DNA from: Propionibacterium ruminifibrarum
GTDB taxonomy: Bacteria > Actinomycetota > Actinomycetes > Propionibacteriales > Propionibacteriaceae
DNA length: 29,793 bases
Reading direction: 5' to 3'
Assembly (NCBI RefSeq): GCF_900289195.1
Contig: NZ_OMOH01000015.1
Coordinates: 1 to 29,793, forward strand
The position numbers and the translations under genes are program-made. Below, piece by piece: positions 9,641 through 19,087 of the stretch. How positions within the stretch are numbered: position 1 is the first letter of the stretch; each line of letters opens with the position of its first letter. The notes under the pieces are model-generated. The model searched no databases. It saw only the letters and a list, made by a program, of their open reading frames with translations, and was not told where the DNA came from.

Positions 9641-10429
9641 GTGCGCACCATGGTCATCTACTCCATGATGAACGTTCTCGTCTCAGTCATCGCCATCCTC
9701 GCCCTCGTCGCCCTGCTCCTCCTGGTCCTGCTCAGGATGCGCCCGGGCCAGCCCCGCACCTTCGCGACCATCGGCGCCGCCTGCCTGCTCGCCGACCGCG
9801 TGTGGAACCTCGTCTTCTACCAGCTGACGCGGGGGTTCTTCTCCAGCTACAGTGAAGCGCCCCTCATCATCAACCTGTTCGTCTCCAACCTGTTGTTCTT
9901 CGCCGGGGTGTTCCTGCTGGCCTTCGCGGCCATCAAGGCATCGTCCAGGCAGGTGACGCCGATCGTGGGACAGGTCCAGCAGCCCTACCAGCAGTTCCAG
10001 CAGCCCCCAGTACAGCAGCAGATGCCGACGCAGAGCGCCCAGAACTTCCCCCAGCCCCAGCAGTACGGCTACCAGCCCCAGGAACAGCAGGCCCCGCAGT
10101 ACAGCCAGCCCCAGGAGTACGGCGACCAGCCCGCCACCACTGAGCAGCAGGCCCCGCAGTACGGCACTCAGACCCAGCAGTTCGGCGCTCAGCCCGGCTA
10201 CCAGCCCCAGGAGTACGACGACCAGCCCGGCACCACCGAGCAGCAGGTCCCGCAGTACGGCCAGCCCCAGCAGTACGGCACTCAGCCCGACTTCCAGGCC
10301 ACGGAGCTGCAGACCCGGCAGCAGGAGACCCAGGACCCGGCCCAGCAGGACCCCGGGCAGGGCACCTGGACCCAGCCCAGCAATCCGTACACCCAGCCGC
10401 AGAACCCCTTCGCCCCGCCCCAGAGCTGA
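9641..10429 (+). CDS. membrane protein with Gln/Pro-rich repetitive C-terminal tail
   Basis: About 3 N-terminal TM helices, then roughly 150 aa of Q/P/Y/G-rich low-complexity sequence containing repeated EQQAPQYG and QPQEY units. Start is GTG 9641 or ATG 9650. Confidence 0.6.
   Translation: MRTMVIYSMMNVLVSVIAILALVALLLLVLLRMRPGQPRTFATIGAACLLADRVWNLVFYQLTRGFFSSYSEAPLIINLFVSNLLFFAGVFLLAFAAIKASSRQVTPIVGQVQQPYQQFQQPPVQQQMPTQSAQNFPQPQQYGYQPQEQQAPQYSQPQEYGDQPATTEQQAPQYGTQTQQFGAQPGYQPQEYDDQPGTTEQQVPQYGQPQQYGTQPDFQATELQTRQQETQDPAQQDPGQGTWTQPSNPYTQPQNPFAPPQS
10082..10290 (+). repeat. in-frame tandem repeats inside the Q/P-rich gene
   Basis: CCCCAGGAGTAC recurs at 10109 and 10205, giving a 96-nt (32-codon) period. 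GA(A/G)CAGCAGG(C/T)CCCGCAGTAC recurs at 10082, 10142 and 10238. Confidence 0.8.
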
Positions 10430-10503
10430 GCGGACTCGACGGGGCGGCTGACAAGCCCCGACGGTCCGCTCCCCTCTCGTCCTTCACCAATGACCGGGCC
10501 GGT

Positions 10504-10542
10504 GCGTCCGGGAGAACCGTCTGGTGAGGTTCTCCCGGACGC
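10504..10542. terminator. perfect 15-bp stem hairpin between convergent genes
   Basis: GCGTCCGGGAGAACC - GTCTGGTGA - GGTTCTCCCGGACGC. It lies between the stop at 10429 (+) and the stop at 10575 (-). No U-tract. Confidence 0.55.
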
Positions 10543-10574
10543 GTACCGGATCTGTCTCTGCCTCAAGATCACCG

Positions 10575-11681
10575 TCAGGCGGGCCTTGTCGTCGCGGGCC
10601 GACGCGAGGGCACGATCATGCTGAGTGCGGCAAGAACCAGGCCGGCGCAGCCGGTCAGGACCAGTGGCAGACCCGCCCTGTTCCAGACCCCGGTGCCCAT
10701 GTAGATGATCTGACGCATCCCCTCGCCGATGAACCGCTGGGGCACCCAGCCGTACACCCAGTCCTGCCAGAAGGCGGGCAGCACCTCCAGCGGCAGGATG
10801 CCGCAGGAGGTGCCGAGGGCGAAGACCCCGATGGCCACGAGTGCACCGAGGGCCGGGTGGATGTCGAAGGCGCTGGTGAAGACGAGCATCAACGCGGCGG
10901 CGGACATCCACAGGAACCCGAGCGCGGCGGCGCTCACGTCCACGTCGGCGATCAGCCGGAGCATGCACCACACGACTGCGCCGACCAGCAGCGACAGCAC
11001 CGCGATGCCGCCGAGCTGCTTGCCCAGGGCCGGCAGCCTTGACGCCCGCCCCAGTCCTCGCACCGGCACGACGAGGAGCGACAGCAGGGCCGAGCAGATC
11101 AGGCTGAACAGGACGGTCGGCATGACCGAGAGCTGCTGGGAGAGCATGGTGCCGATCATGTTCGTTGCGGCCGTGCTCGGCCCCGCGTGGATGACCTCGA
11201 TGTCGGTCCCCACGCCCATCTGCTCGAAGACGCTCGCGATCTGCGTCCTCATCAGGTTGGTGACGAGCGGGCTCTTGGCGTTGTCGAGTCGAACCTGAAG
11301 ACTCGGCTGTCCCTCACCGGTGGTCTGCGCGGCGGCCTGACGGGCCGTGAAGTCGGCGGGGATGATCACCGCGCCGTAGTACTCGTTGTCGGCCAGGGCG
11401 GCATCGAGCGCCTCCTGGGAATCCACCGGGGTCCAGGCGATCGTCGCGTCCGGATCGTCCGACTGGCCGACCATCGCCTCGACGACGCCGTCACCGGCGT
11501 TCACGTCCCCGGCCGGCGTACTCATGCCCTCGTCGAGCGAGAGCACGGCGAACTGCAGTCCCCTCGGGTGCATGTGGGTCATCGGGTAGAAGAGCAGCGA
11601 GAAGATGCAGGCCACGAGCAGCACGACCAGCACCGGCAGGCCGTACCGGCGGGCACCGAGTTTGTTCCCCATCAGTGTCAT
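10575..11681 (-). CDS. YhgE/Pip-like (DUF3533-type) integral membrane protein, putative efflux component
   Basis: 368-aa ORF with an N-terminal TM helix, a soluble domain of about 150 aa (AVLSLDEG ... YYGAVIIPADF), and about 5 C-terminal TM helices. Divergent from a TetR regulator. Confidence 0.5.
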   Translation of the reverse strand: MTLMGNKLGARRYGLPVLVVLLVACIFSLLFYPMTHMHPRGLQFAVLSLDEGMSTPAGDVNAGDGVVEAMVGQSDDPDATIAWTPVDSQEALDAALADNEYYGAVIIPADFTARQAAAQTTGEGQPSLQVRLDNAKSPLVTNLMRTQIASVFEQMGVGTDIEVIHAGPSTAATNMIGTMLSQQLSVMPTVLFSLICSALLSLLVVPVRGLGRASRLPALGKQLGGIAVLSLLVGAVVWCMLRLIADVDVSAAALGFLWMSAAALMLVFTSAFDIHPALGALVAIGVFALGTSCGILPLEVLPAFWQDWVYGWVPQRFIGEGMRQIIYMGTGVWNRAGLPLVLTGCAGLVLAALSMIVPSRRPATTRPA

Positions 11682-11727
11682 TCCTCCTCATCAGGACGCC
11701 CCAGCTGGCGCGTGTGGGACGTTGTCC

Positions 11728-11757
11728 GCCAATTTATTGGCCATGAAGGCCAATAAA
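11728..11757. promoter_or_regulatory. candidate TetR operator (overlapping dyads)
   Basis: Perfect inverted repeat TTTATTGGCC-ATGAA-GGCCAATAAA (11733-11757), plus GCCAAT-TT-ATTGGC (11728-11741). Located in the 142-bp divergent intergenic region. Confidence 0.55.
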
Positions 11758-11823
11758 AACGGGTAGAATGAGCCGCAGTGGCTAATTTCTTAGCGGTCGT
11801 CGTTCCCGGGAGCTGGAGGTGAC

Positions 11824-12474
11824 ATGGGCCGTCCCCGTTATGCGGCCAACGACGTGCGAGCCCGCCAGAAGCTGATCAACGCCTTCTGGCGGATCCTCGA
11901 ACAGGTGCCGTACGAGCAGATCACGGCGCGGCAGATCGTCGCAGCCGCCAACGTCAACAAGAACACCTTCTACTACCACTTCACGAACACCGAGGACCTG
12001 GCCGCCGCAGCGGTTCAGTCGCTCATGATCCGGCGGGTGCCCCTTCTCCTGCTGAGCGGAGAGATGAGCTCCGGCGAGCGCGTCCGGGAGCTGCTAGCCG
12101 AAGACCCCGAGATGGGCGTGAGCCTGCACAGGATCCACACTCTCAATGCGAGCAACGGGACCAGCCTGCTCCCCCTCCTCGAGAAGGAGTTTATGGGCAT
12201 CTGGCTGGATCTACTCGGACTGGAACGCGACGAACTGCTCCCCGAGGACCTGGCCGCGCTGCACTTCATCATCGGCGGTGTCCTCACCCTGCACCGGGTC
12301 ACCACGCTGGAGAACGCCCCCGACGTACTCCCCCGATTCATGGCCGCGCCCCTCGGCCAGGCCTGCGTCGCATACCTGCGGTCGCTGGCGAAGACGCGGG
12401 ACCTGTCTGACGCCGCTGACGGGTCCCGCGCACGGCGAGCCGGCACGCCGGCGGTCCACCGCCGCACGGCCTGA
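11824..12474 (+). CDS. TetR/AcrR-family transcriptional regulator
   Basis: N-terminal HTH signature ITARQIVAAANVNKNTFYYHFTNTEDL. 216 aa. Confidence 0.85.
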   Translation: MGRPRYAANDVRARQKLINAFWRILEQVPYEQITARQIVAAANVNKNTFYYHFTNTEDLAAAAVQSLMIRRVPLLLLSGEMSSGERVRELLAEDPEMGVSLHRIHTLNASNGTSLLPLLEKEFMGIWLDLLGLERDELLPEDLAALHFIIGGVLTLHRVTTLENAPDVLPRFMAAPLGQACVAYLRSLAKTRDLSDAADGSRARRAGTPAVHRRTA

Positions 12475-12483
12475 GCGTGCCGG

Positions 12484-13812
12484 GTGCGCGGTGCTGCCAC
12501 AATGGATGCCATGGCCTCACAACCGACAGCTCAGCTCCACCACGGGCGTCCGATCGACCCGGCGCTGCCCCGCAGGCTCTGGCGCGACGCGGCGATCGGT
12601 GCCGGCAACCTCGTGGCATGGGCCTCCCGCAGGGCCGGGCGCGGCAGTGGCGCCTCCATCCGGGGCCAGGTCATCACACGGCTGTACCCGATGATGTTCG
12701 CCGAACTCGTCGCCGGGCGGCGCATCGCCGCCGTGTCGGGCACGAACGGCAAGACCACCACGACGCACCTGCTGACCGCCGCGGCCGAGGCCGCCTGGGG
12801 CGGCCGCCAGGTCGTGACGAACGCCGACGGCGCGAACCTGCGCGAGGGCATCGCCTCGGCACTGTCGCAGAACGTCAAGGCCCCGGTCGCCGTCCTCGAG
12901 GCGGACGAGCAGATCGTCCCCGACCTCATCGCGAAGGGCCGGCCCGAGGTGCTCATCATGCTCAACTTCAGCCGCGACCAGCTCGACCGGCACCACGAGA
13001 TCGCCTCCCTGGGCAGGAAGTGGCGCACCGCCCTGACCGCGGCGGGCGAGAAGGCCCCGACCGTCGTCGCCAACGTTCACGACCCGCTCGTCACCTGGTC
13101 GGCCGAGGCCGCCGGCAGGGTCATCTGGGTCGACATGGGGCTCGGCGGGTGGACCGCCGACGCCGCCCTGTGCCCGAACTGCGGCACGATCCTGGCGTAC
13201 GACGCCGACGGCTCGTGGAACTGCCCCGGCTGCGAACTGGGCCAGCACCCGGCCGACTACACGGTGCGCGGCGACGAGGTCTCCGGCCCCGAGGGCGCCC
13301 ACTGGACCTTCGACCTTCAGGTGCCTGGGCGGTTCAACCGCGGCAACGCCACCTGCGCGCTGGCCGCCGCCATCGAGATGGGCATCGACCCGCAGACCGC
13401 GCTGCGGGCGATGAGCACGGTGAAGGCCCCAGCGGGCCGCTTCTCGATCGGCGCCTTCGGCGACAACAGGGCCCGCCTGCTGCTGGCCAAGAACCCGGCC
13501 GGCTGGGCCGAGTCGCTGCTCGTCATGGACTCCGACCCGGTCGTCCTGGCCATCGACTCGGCGATCGCCGACGGCACGGACGTCAGCTGGCTGTGGGACG
13601 TCGAGTTCGAGAAACTCGCCGGCAAGCACGTCATCTGCACCGGCCCGCGCGCCCAAGACCTCGCGGTGCGCCTGTCCTACGCCGAGGTGGACCACGAGGT
13701 CATCGGTTCGATCAATGAGGCGATGGCCCGCCCCTACGAGGGCACCGTCGACGTCCTGGCCACCTACACGGCCTTCCTCAATCTCTGCAAGATGGGTGGT
13801 GTCGAGTGGTGA
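12484..13812 (+). CDS. murT: lipid II isoglutaminyl synthase, Mur-ligase-like subunit MurT
   Basis: Mur-ligase P-loop VSGTNGKTTTTHLL, Cys4 ribbon CPNCG...CPGC, and a C-terminal DUF1727-like region. Directly followed by gatD, which it overlaps. Alternative ATG starts at 12502 and 12511. Confidence 0.85.
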   Translation: MRGAATMDAMASQPTAQLHHGRPIDPALPRRLWRDAAIGAGNLVAWASRRAGRGSGASIRGQVITRLYPMMFAELVAGRRIAAVSGTNGKTTTTHLLTAAAEAAWGGRQVVTNADGANLREGIASALSQNVKAPVAVLEADEQIVPDLIAKGRPEVLIMLNFSRDQLDRHHEIASLGRKWRTALTAAGEKAPTVVANVHDPLVTWSAEAAGRVIWVDMGLGGWTADAALCPNCGTILAYDADGSWNCPGCELGQHPADYTVRGDEVSGPEGAHWTFDLQVPGRFNRGNATCALAAAIEMGIDPQTALRAMSTVKAPAGRFSIGAFGDNRARLLLAKNPAGWAESLLVMDSDPVVLAIDSAIADGTDVSWLWDVEFEKLAGKHVICTGPRAQDLAVRLSYAEVDHEVIGSINEAMARPYEGTVDVLATYTAFLNLCKMGGVEW

Positions 13813-14582
13813 ACGAGCCAGTCAAGATCGTCGTCGTCTACCAGAGCCTGCTGGGCATCTACGGCGACCAGGGCAATGGGACGGTGCTCACCAAGCGCCT
13901 GACCTGGCGGGGCATCGACGCCCGGCTCATCACCGTCGAACCCGGCCAGCCGGTGCCCGACGACGGCGCCGTCTACTTGCTGGGCGGCGGCGAGGACCTC
14001 GCCCAGGTCACCGCGGTGCGCGAGCTGAAGGCCGACGGCGGGTTGTTCCGCGCCCTGGACAAGGGAGCCGTCCTGTTCGCCGTCTGCGCCGGCTACCAGA
14101 TCTGCGGCACGAGCTTCACCGTCGGCGACCACGACGAGGTCATGGAGGGCCTCGGCCTGCTCGACGTCACCACGCGCCGCGCCCCGCAGCGGGCCGTCGG
14201 CGAGATCCTCACCCGCTGGACGCGGCCGGACGGCTCCGAGAGCCTCATCACTGGTTTCGAGAACCACGGCGGCCACACTCGGCTCGGCCCGGACGCCAGG
14301 CCGTTCGCGCAGGTCGAGCTGGGCGTGGGCAACTGCGGCGACGGCACCGAGGGCGCCGTCCAGGGCAAGGTGATCGGCTCCTACCCGCACGGGCCGAACC
14401 TGCCGCGCAATCCCGAGCTGGCCGACCATCTGCTCGAGCTGGCGCTCGACACGCAGCTCGGCCCCCTGCCCCACGACCGGCTCAACGCCGAGCTCGACGA
14501 GCTGCGCCGCCAGCGCATCAATGTGGTGCGCCACTCGAAGAACCTCGCCGAGGACACCCGCTGGCTCGGCGAGCGCCAGTGA
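13806..14582 (+). CDS. gatD: lipid II isoglutaminyl synthase, glutaminase subunit GatD (CobQ-type GATase)
   Basis: Nucleophile motif FAVCAGYQICG and a downstream YPHGP histidine. The GTG start (13806 or 13809) overlaps the murT stop (GTGGTGA). Confidence 0.85.
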   Translation: MVNEPVKIVVVYQSLLGIYGDQGNGTVLTKRLTWRGIDARLITVEPGQPVPDDGAVYLLGGGEDLAQVTAVRELKADGGLFRALDKGAVLFAVCAGYQICGTSFTVGDHDEVMEGLGLLDVTTRRAPQRAVGEILTRWTRPDGSESLITGFENHGGHTRLGPDARPFAQVELGVGNCGDGTEGAVQGKVIGSYPHGPNLPRNPELADHLLELALDTQLGPLPHDRLNAELDELRRQRINVVRHSKNLAEDTRWLGERQ

Positions 14583-14812
14583 GCGTGGAGCGGCGGGCCG
14601 TGCCGCTGTCCGGCCTCACGTGAGGCGCCTGGACCGTTCCCCTCCCACTCCACCGCGGCCAGACGGCAGTGTCGGCTGCTTCCGCCCCGCATGGCCGGAC
14701 CCAGCTCTCGTGATCCGCGCCGGCCACGAACTCGCCCCGCGCACCGCCGGTGGTGTCACGTCCTGAGACGTTCAGGTGGAATGGCTAGCCAAGGCTCATC
14801 TCGTTCCCTACT

Positions 14813-14840
14813 ATCTTCACATGTACGAAGATATGAATTC
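14813..14840. promoter_or_regulatory. AT-rich, dyad-rich patch upstream of the ATPase-arsR operon (candidate ArsR operator/promoter)
   Basis: ATCTTC-N8-GAAGAT (14813-14832) overlaps TTCACAT-N8-ATATGAA (14816-14837, one mismatch). The local GC dip sits about 65-90 nt upstream of ATG 14902. Confidence 0.4.
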
Positions 14841-14901
14841 GTGCAGTTTCTGATGTCGCGGGGACCCGCCCCTGCCCGATCGTCCAGGAGGCCGCACCAC
14901 C

Positions 14902-16815
14902 ATGAGTGTGCAGGATCGCGTCACCGCGCCCACCAGTTCCCGGGCCACAACGAACTCCGAGTCCCTGCTGCGCCGCGTGGACCGGGCCGACGCGGCCCGG
15001 ACCCTGTTCGTCCTGGCCTGCACGATCGCCCTGGCGCTCGGCCTGGACTGGCCCGGCCCCCGGCTGCCGCTGGTCGCCGCGGTCGGCATCGTCGTCGGCT
15101 GCTGGCCGGTCGTCGTCGAAGCCGTCGAGGACCTTCGTGGCCGTCGGATGAGCATGGAGCTGTCGATGCTCATCGCGATCATCGCGGCCGCCGCCATCGG
15201 TGAGTGGCTGACGGCGCCGCTCATCACCGTGTTCGTCCTCGCGGCCGAGATCCTCGAGGACCTGTCGATGGACCGAGGCCGGGACGCCCTGACCGATCTC
15301 ATGGCCTTCCTGCCCGACCAGGTGCAGGTGCGCACCGCCGACGGCCTGACCGAGGTGGGGCTGGCCGAGGTGCACGAGGGCCAGGTCGTCGTCGTGCCGC
15401 CCGGCGGTCCGATCCCGGTCGACGGCCTGGTCGTCGCGGGGCGCTCTAGCGTCGACCAGTCGCGGATCACCGGGGAGCCGCTGCCCGTCGAACTCGCCGC
15501 CGGCGACCGGGTCTACGCCGGCTCGGTGAACCAGCTCGGGGTGCTCGAGATCGAGGCCGAGCACGTGGGCGCCGACTCCTCGTACGGGCGCATCGTCGAG
15601 ACGGTCCGCGCCGCCCAGGAGAACCCGGCACCCGCGCAGCGGCTGGCCGACCGGCTGGCCGGCTACCTCGTCTACATCGCCCTCGGCGGCGCGGTGCTCA
15701 CCTGGCTGGTCACCCGCGACCTGCGCGTCACCATCTCGGTCGTCATCGTCGCCGGGGCCTGCGGCATCGCGGCCGGCACTCCCCTGGCCGTCCTCGCGGC
15801 GATGGCCCGCGTGGCGCGCACCGGCGCCTTCGCCAAGGGCGGCGTGCACCTGGAGCACCTGTCGGCGGTCGACACCGTCGTCCTCGACAAGACCGGCACG
15901 CTCACCGCGGGACGCCCGGCCGTCTCGACGCTGAGGCCCGCCCCGGGCGTCACCGGCGACGAGCTTCTGGCCGCCGCCGCGGGCGCCGAACTGTTCAGCG
16001 AGCACCCGCTCGGCCAGGCGATCGTGGCCGAGGCCGCCGCGCGCGGCCAGCACCCCTCCGAACCGGCCGACATCGTCTACGAGCCGGGCAGGGGCCTCAC
16101 CGCCCGGCTGGGCGGACGCACCGTCCGGGTCGGCAACAGGGCCCTGGTACCCGGCGCCCCCGATCCCGGGGAGCAGATGGCCGCGACCTGCATCCACGTG
16201 GACGAGGACGGCCGCTACCTCGGTTCGATCCTGCTGGCCGACACGGTGCGCGAGACGGCGGCCGGCTGCGTGCAGGCGCTGCACGCCATGGGGTTGCGGG
16301 TCGTGGTCGTCACCGGCGACGCTCAGGCCTCGGCCCGGGCCGTCTGCGAGCCGCTGGGCGTGGACGAGATCCACGCGGGCCTGCTGCCCCACGAGAAGCG
16401 CGCGTTCGTCGAGCGGCTCACCGCCACGGGACACCGCGTGGCGATGGTCGGCGACGGCGTCAACGACGCCCCGGCCCTCGCCGCGGCGGACGTGGGCATC
16501 GCGATGGGCAGCGGCACCGAGATCGCACGGGCGAGCGCCGACGTGGTCCTCATCAGCTCCGACCTGGACGACCTGACCGCCACGGTCCGCACCGCCCGCC
16601 GGGCACGCCGGATCGTCATGGTCAACTTCGCCGGGACCATCCTCGTCGACCTCATCGGCATGGTGCTGGCCGGCTTCGGGCTGCTCGGCCCGGTCGGCGC
16701 GGCCGTCGTGCACGTGGGCAGCGAGACGGCGTTCATCCTGAACTCGGCCCGCCTCATCCCGACGGGGCGGGCGAACGAGCGGCACGGCGCCCCGGACGCG
16801 ACGGAGCCCTCATGA
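14902..16815 (+). CDS. P1B-type heavy-metal-translocating ATPase (short form, no N-terminal metal-binding domain)
   Basis: [21 protein letters not shown] (HP motif) and [19 protein letters not shown] at 14886-14891. The canonical CPC position reads GAC ([11 protein letters not shown]). Confidence 0.9.
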   Translation: MSVQDRVTAPTSSRATTNSESLLRRVDRADAARTLFVLACTIALALGLDWPGPRLPLVAAVGIVVGCWPVVVEAVEDLRGRRMSMELSMLIAIIAAAAIGEWLTAPLITVFVLAAEILEDLSMDRGRDALTDLMAFLPDQVQVRTADGLTEVGLAEVHEGQVVVVPPGGPIPVDGLVVAGRSSVDQSRITGEPLPVELAAGDRVYAGSVNQLGVLEIEAEHVGADSSYGRIVETVRAAQENPAPAQRLADRLAGYLVYIALGGAVLTWLVTRDLRVTISVVIVAGACGIAAGTPLAVLAAMARVARTGAFAKGGVHLEHLSAVDTVVLDKTGTLTAGRPAVSTLRPAPGVTGDELLAAAAGAELFSEHPLGQAIVAEAAARGQHPSEPADIVYEPGRGLTARLGGRTVRVGNRALVPGAPDPGEQMAATCIHVDEDGRYLGSILLADTVRETAAGCVQALHAMGLRVVVVTGDAQASARAVCEPLGVDEIHAGLLPHEKRAFVERLTATGHRVAMVGDGVNDAPALAAADVGIAMGSGTEIARASADVVLISSDLDDLTATVRTARRARRIVMVNFAGTILVDLIGMVLAGFGLLGPVGAAVVHVGSETAFILNSARLIPTGRANERHGAPDATEPS

Positions 16816-17306
16816 TGGACCGGCCCGGCGAGCCGCCCGCCGTCTGCGGGGGTCGGGCGGGCGGCGACGCCCCGGGCGCCTATTCTGTCCCCATGAGCGG
16901 CGACGAGAAGACCTGTACCTTCGGCATCGACAGCTCCTTCGTGGAACTGGCGGTCGAGGTGTTCGCGCTCATGGCCGATGCCACGCGCATCCAGATCATC
17001 CTGGCCCTGCGCGAGCACGAACTGCCGGTGAACACCCTCGCCGAGATCGTCGGGAAGGCGCCGGCGACCGTCTCGCAGCACCTGGCCAAGCTGCGGCTGG
17101 GGCACATGGTGAAGACCCGTCGGCAGGGCACGCAGATGTTCTACTCGCTCACCGACGAGCACGCCCGCCGCCTCATCACCGAGGCGGTCTTCCAGGCCGA
17201 GCACGCGCTGAGCGAGCGTCCACTGCACCACACCGAGGCGATGGACCCCGAGCAGCTGCGCCGCGAGGCCGACAAGGAGCTGACGAAGGCCGTCACCGGC
17301 GACTGA
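16812..17306 (+). CDS. ArsR/SmtB-family metalloregulator
   Basis: Winged-HTH [39 protein letters not shown], and a C-terminal alpha5-like TDEH...QAEH. ATG 16812 overlaps the ATPase stop (ATGA). Alternative start at ATG 16893. Confidence 0.8.
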   Translation: MMDRPGEPPAVCGGRAGGDAPGAYSVPMSGDEKTCTFGIDSSFVELAVEVFALMADATRIQIILALREHELPVNTLAEIVGKAPATVSQHLAKLRLGHMVKTRRQGTQMFYSLTDEHARRLITEAVFQAEHALSERPLHHTEAMDPEQLRREADKELTKAVTGD

Positions 17307-17415
17307 GACAACGCGCCGGAAGGCGCACCAGCCCTGGGCCGGCACGCCGTGCCGCCTGCGACCGCCGCTGCCCCCAAACAGTCCGCAGTGCGGCCGAGTC
17401 ACCGACCGGGCTCAT

Positions 17416-17445
17416 GAAAAATCCCCACCGGTGAACGGTGGGGAT
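17416..17445 (-). terminator. rho-independent terminator downstream of tRNA-Lys
   Basis: On the minus strand: GATCCCCACCG-TTCAC-CGGTGGGGAT followed by TTTTT. 10-bp stem. Confidence 0.75.
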
Positions 17446-17456
17446 CCCTCGTGTCG

Positions 17457-17529
<73 letters not shown>

Positions 17530-17581
17530 GTGCGTCAAGGAACTATAGGCCCTTCCGCACCGACACGCAAATCAGGGGGTC

Positions 17582-17926
17582 TCACAGGTACAGGCCCGTC
17601 TGCCCCTCGGCCAGGTTCTCGTCGGCGACGGCGTGCAGGTCGCGTTCGCGCAGCAGCACGTAGGCCTTGTTGCGCACCTCGACCTCGGCCCGGTCCTGGG
17701 GGTCGAACAGCACCTTGTCGCCCACGGAGACGGCCCGCACGCTGGGCCCGACGGCCACGACGCGGGCCCACGCCAGGCGGTGGGCGATCTGCACCGTGGA
17801 GGGGATGAGGATCCCGCCCTCCGAGCGGCGCTCGGACTTGTCCTCGTCCACGCTCACGAGGATGCGCTCGTGGAGCATGCGGATGGGCAGCTCGGGCCCG
17901 GGGGCCGGTGTCTGCTCGTCAGCCAC
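17582..17926 (-). CDS. GroES-like co-chaperonin-fold protein
   Basis: The pattern RMLHERILV...GGILIPST...ARVVAVGP...VGDKVLF...YVLLRERDLHAV follows GroES. The GTG 17926 start overlaps the upstream stop. Alternative start at ATG 17878. Confidence 0.65.
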   Translation of the reverse strand: MADEQTPAPGPELPIRMLHERILVSVDEDKSERRSEGGILIPSTVQIAHRLAWARVVAVGPSVRAVSVGDKVLFDPQDRAEVEVRNKAYVLLRERDLHAVADENLAEGQTGLYL

Positions 17927-18215
17927 GGATCGCTCGCACGACGCCGCGGACCGACAGGCCGAAGACGGCGACACCGACGACGGCCAGGGCGACGGTGCCG
18001 ATGCGGTCCCATCGGGGGCCCGACTCGTCGACGAAGGCGCTCTTGGCGTTCTCGAAGCTGTCGTTGGCGAAGGTCTTGGCCTCGTAGACGGCCTGGTTCT
18101 TCACGGCCGTGGGATGCACCGTGGCCGTCAGGCCCTGCACGCTGCCGGCCACCTGGCGGCGCGAGGCGGCGATGCGCGCCCTGATCTGGTCGATGTTGGT
18201 CTCGGACTTGGCCAC
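17919..18215 (-). CDS. DUF3618-like small membrane-anchored protein
   Basis: N-terminal IDQIRARIAASRRQVAGSV coiled segment and a C-terminal TM helix (IGTVALAVVGVAVFGL). GTG 18215 lies 4 nt after GGAGGA. The upstream part of the track ORF is unlikely to be coding. Confidence 0.6.
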   Translation of the reverse strand: MAKSETNIDQIRARIAASRRQVAGSVQGLTATVHPTAVKNQAVYEAKTFANDSFENAKSAFVDESGPRWDRIGTVALAVVGVAVFGLSVRGVVRAIRG

Positions 18216-18438
18216 GACTTCCTCCAGTTGCTCGCGCCCCGCGCCATCACGGTCACGGGACCTTCGTTGGGACCTCTGCCGCCCTCCCGTGCCAGCACGG
18301 AGAACGGGCCTGCCAGTGGTACTGCCCCACAGCCTATTCCCACCACCACCCACGGTGACGAATCGGGGCCGGGCGAGCAGGCATCCGCACCCGGCGGGCC
18401 CCTTCGACCATGGTTGCCGACCCTCCTATGGTTGGGCC

Positions 18439-18918
18439 ATGACTTTCCTGACTGACGGCGACCCCGCCCCCGAGGTCGCCCTGCCCGACGCGGACGGACA
18501 GACGGTGCGCCTGTCCGATCACCGCTCCCGCACCGTCGTCCTGTACTTCTACCCGGCGGCCCTGACGCCCGGCTGCACGACGCAGGCCGTCGACTTCACC
18601 GGCCAGGTCGAGGCCTTCGCCGAGGCGGGGGTGGACGTCATCGGCGTCTCGCCGGACACCCCCGACAGGCTCGCCGAGTTCCGGGAGCGGAAGAACCTCG
18701 CGGTGACGCTGCTGGCCGATCCCGACCACGAGGCGATCGACGCCTACGGTGTGTGGGGCGAGCGCATGATCTACGGCAAGAAGATCACCGGGCTGATCCG
18801 TTCCACCTTCGTCATCGACGTGGACGCCGACGGGGCCGGCACCGTCCGCCGGGCGATGTACAACGTGCGCGCCAAGGGCCACGTCGAGCGCATCGCCCGC
18901 GAGCTGGGCATCGGCTGA
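18439..18918 (+). CDS. bcp: thioredoxin-dependent thiol peroxidase (Bcp / PrxQ peroxiredoxin)
   Basis: FYPAALTPGCTTQ peroxidatic-Cys motif. 159 aa starting at ATG 18439. Confidence 0.9.
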   Translation: MTFLTDGDPAPEVALPDADGQTVRLSDHRSRTVVLYFYPAALTPGCTTQAVDFTGQVEAFAEAGVDVIGVSPDTPDRLAEFRERKNLAVTLLADPDHEAIDAYGVWGERMIYGKKITGLIRSTFVIDVDADGAGTVRRAMYNVRAKGHVERIARELGIG

Positions 18919-18937
18919 GCGCCGCCGGCGCGGGGCC

Positions 18938-18963
18938 TGGAGACGGCGCACCGCTCGTCTCCA
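18938..18963 (+). terminator. stem-loop after bcp
   Basis: TGGAGACG - 10-nt loop - CGTCTCCA, located 20 nt after the stop and between convergent genes. Confidence 0.4.
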
Positions 18964-19087
18964 CGAGAGGGCCGGCACCGGCGCCCCTGCCGCGTCCCCG
19001 CGGGCCGCGGATGTCAGGCTGCTCATTTGGAGGGCGTGTCGGCGCCGTTCGCGCGTGCCCTGGGCGCATGTCGGCCGCGCACCGGAC

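Noticed and set aside
12517-13695. 392-aa minus-strand ORF opposite murT
   Set aside because: murT has Mur-ligase and Cys4 motifs on the plus strand. This is an antisense shadow ORF.
14613-14626. Perfect 14-nt palindrome GCCTCACGTGAGGC after gatD
   Set aside because: It has no loop, so it is a poor terminator hairpin. It occurs only once, and I could not link it to any regulator. I did not call it as a feature.
14785-16785. 666-aa minus-strand ORF
   Set aside because: It is antisense to the P-type ATPase, which carries all catalytic motifs. The composition is that of a high-GC shadow ORF.
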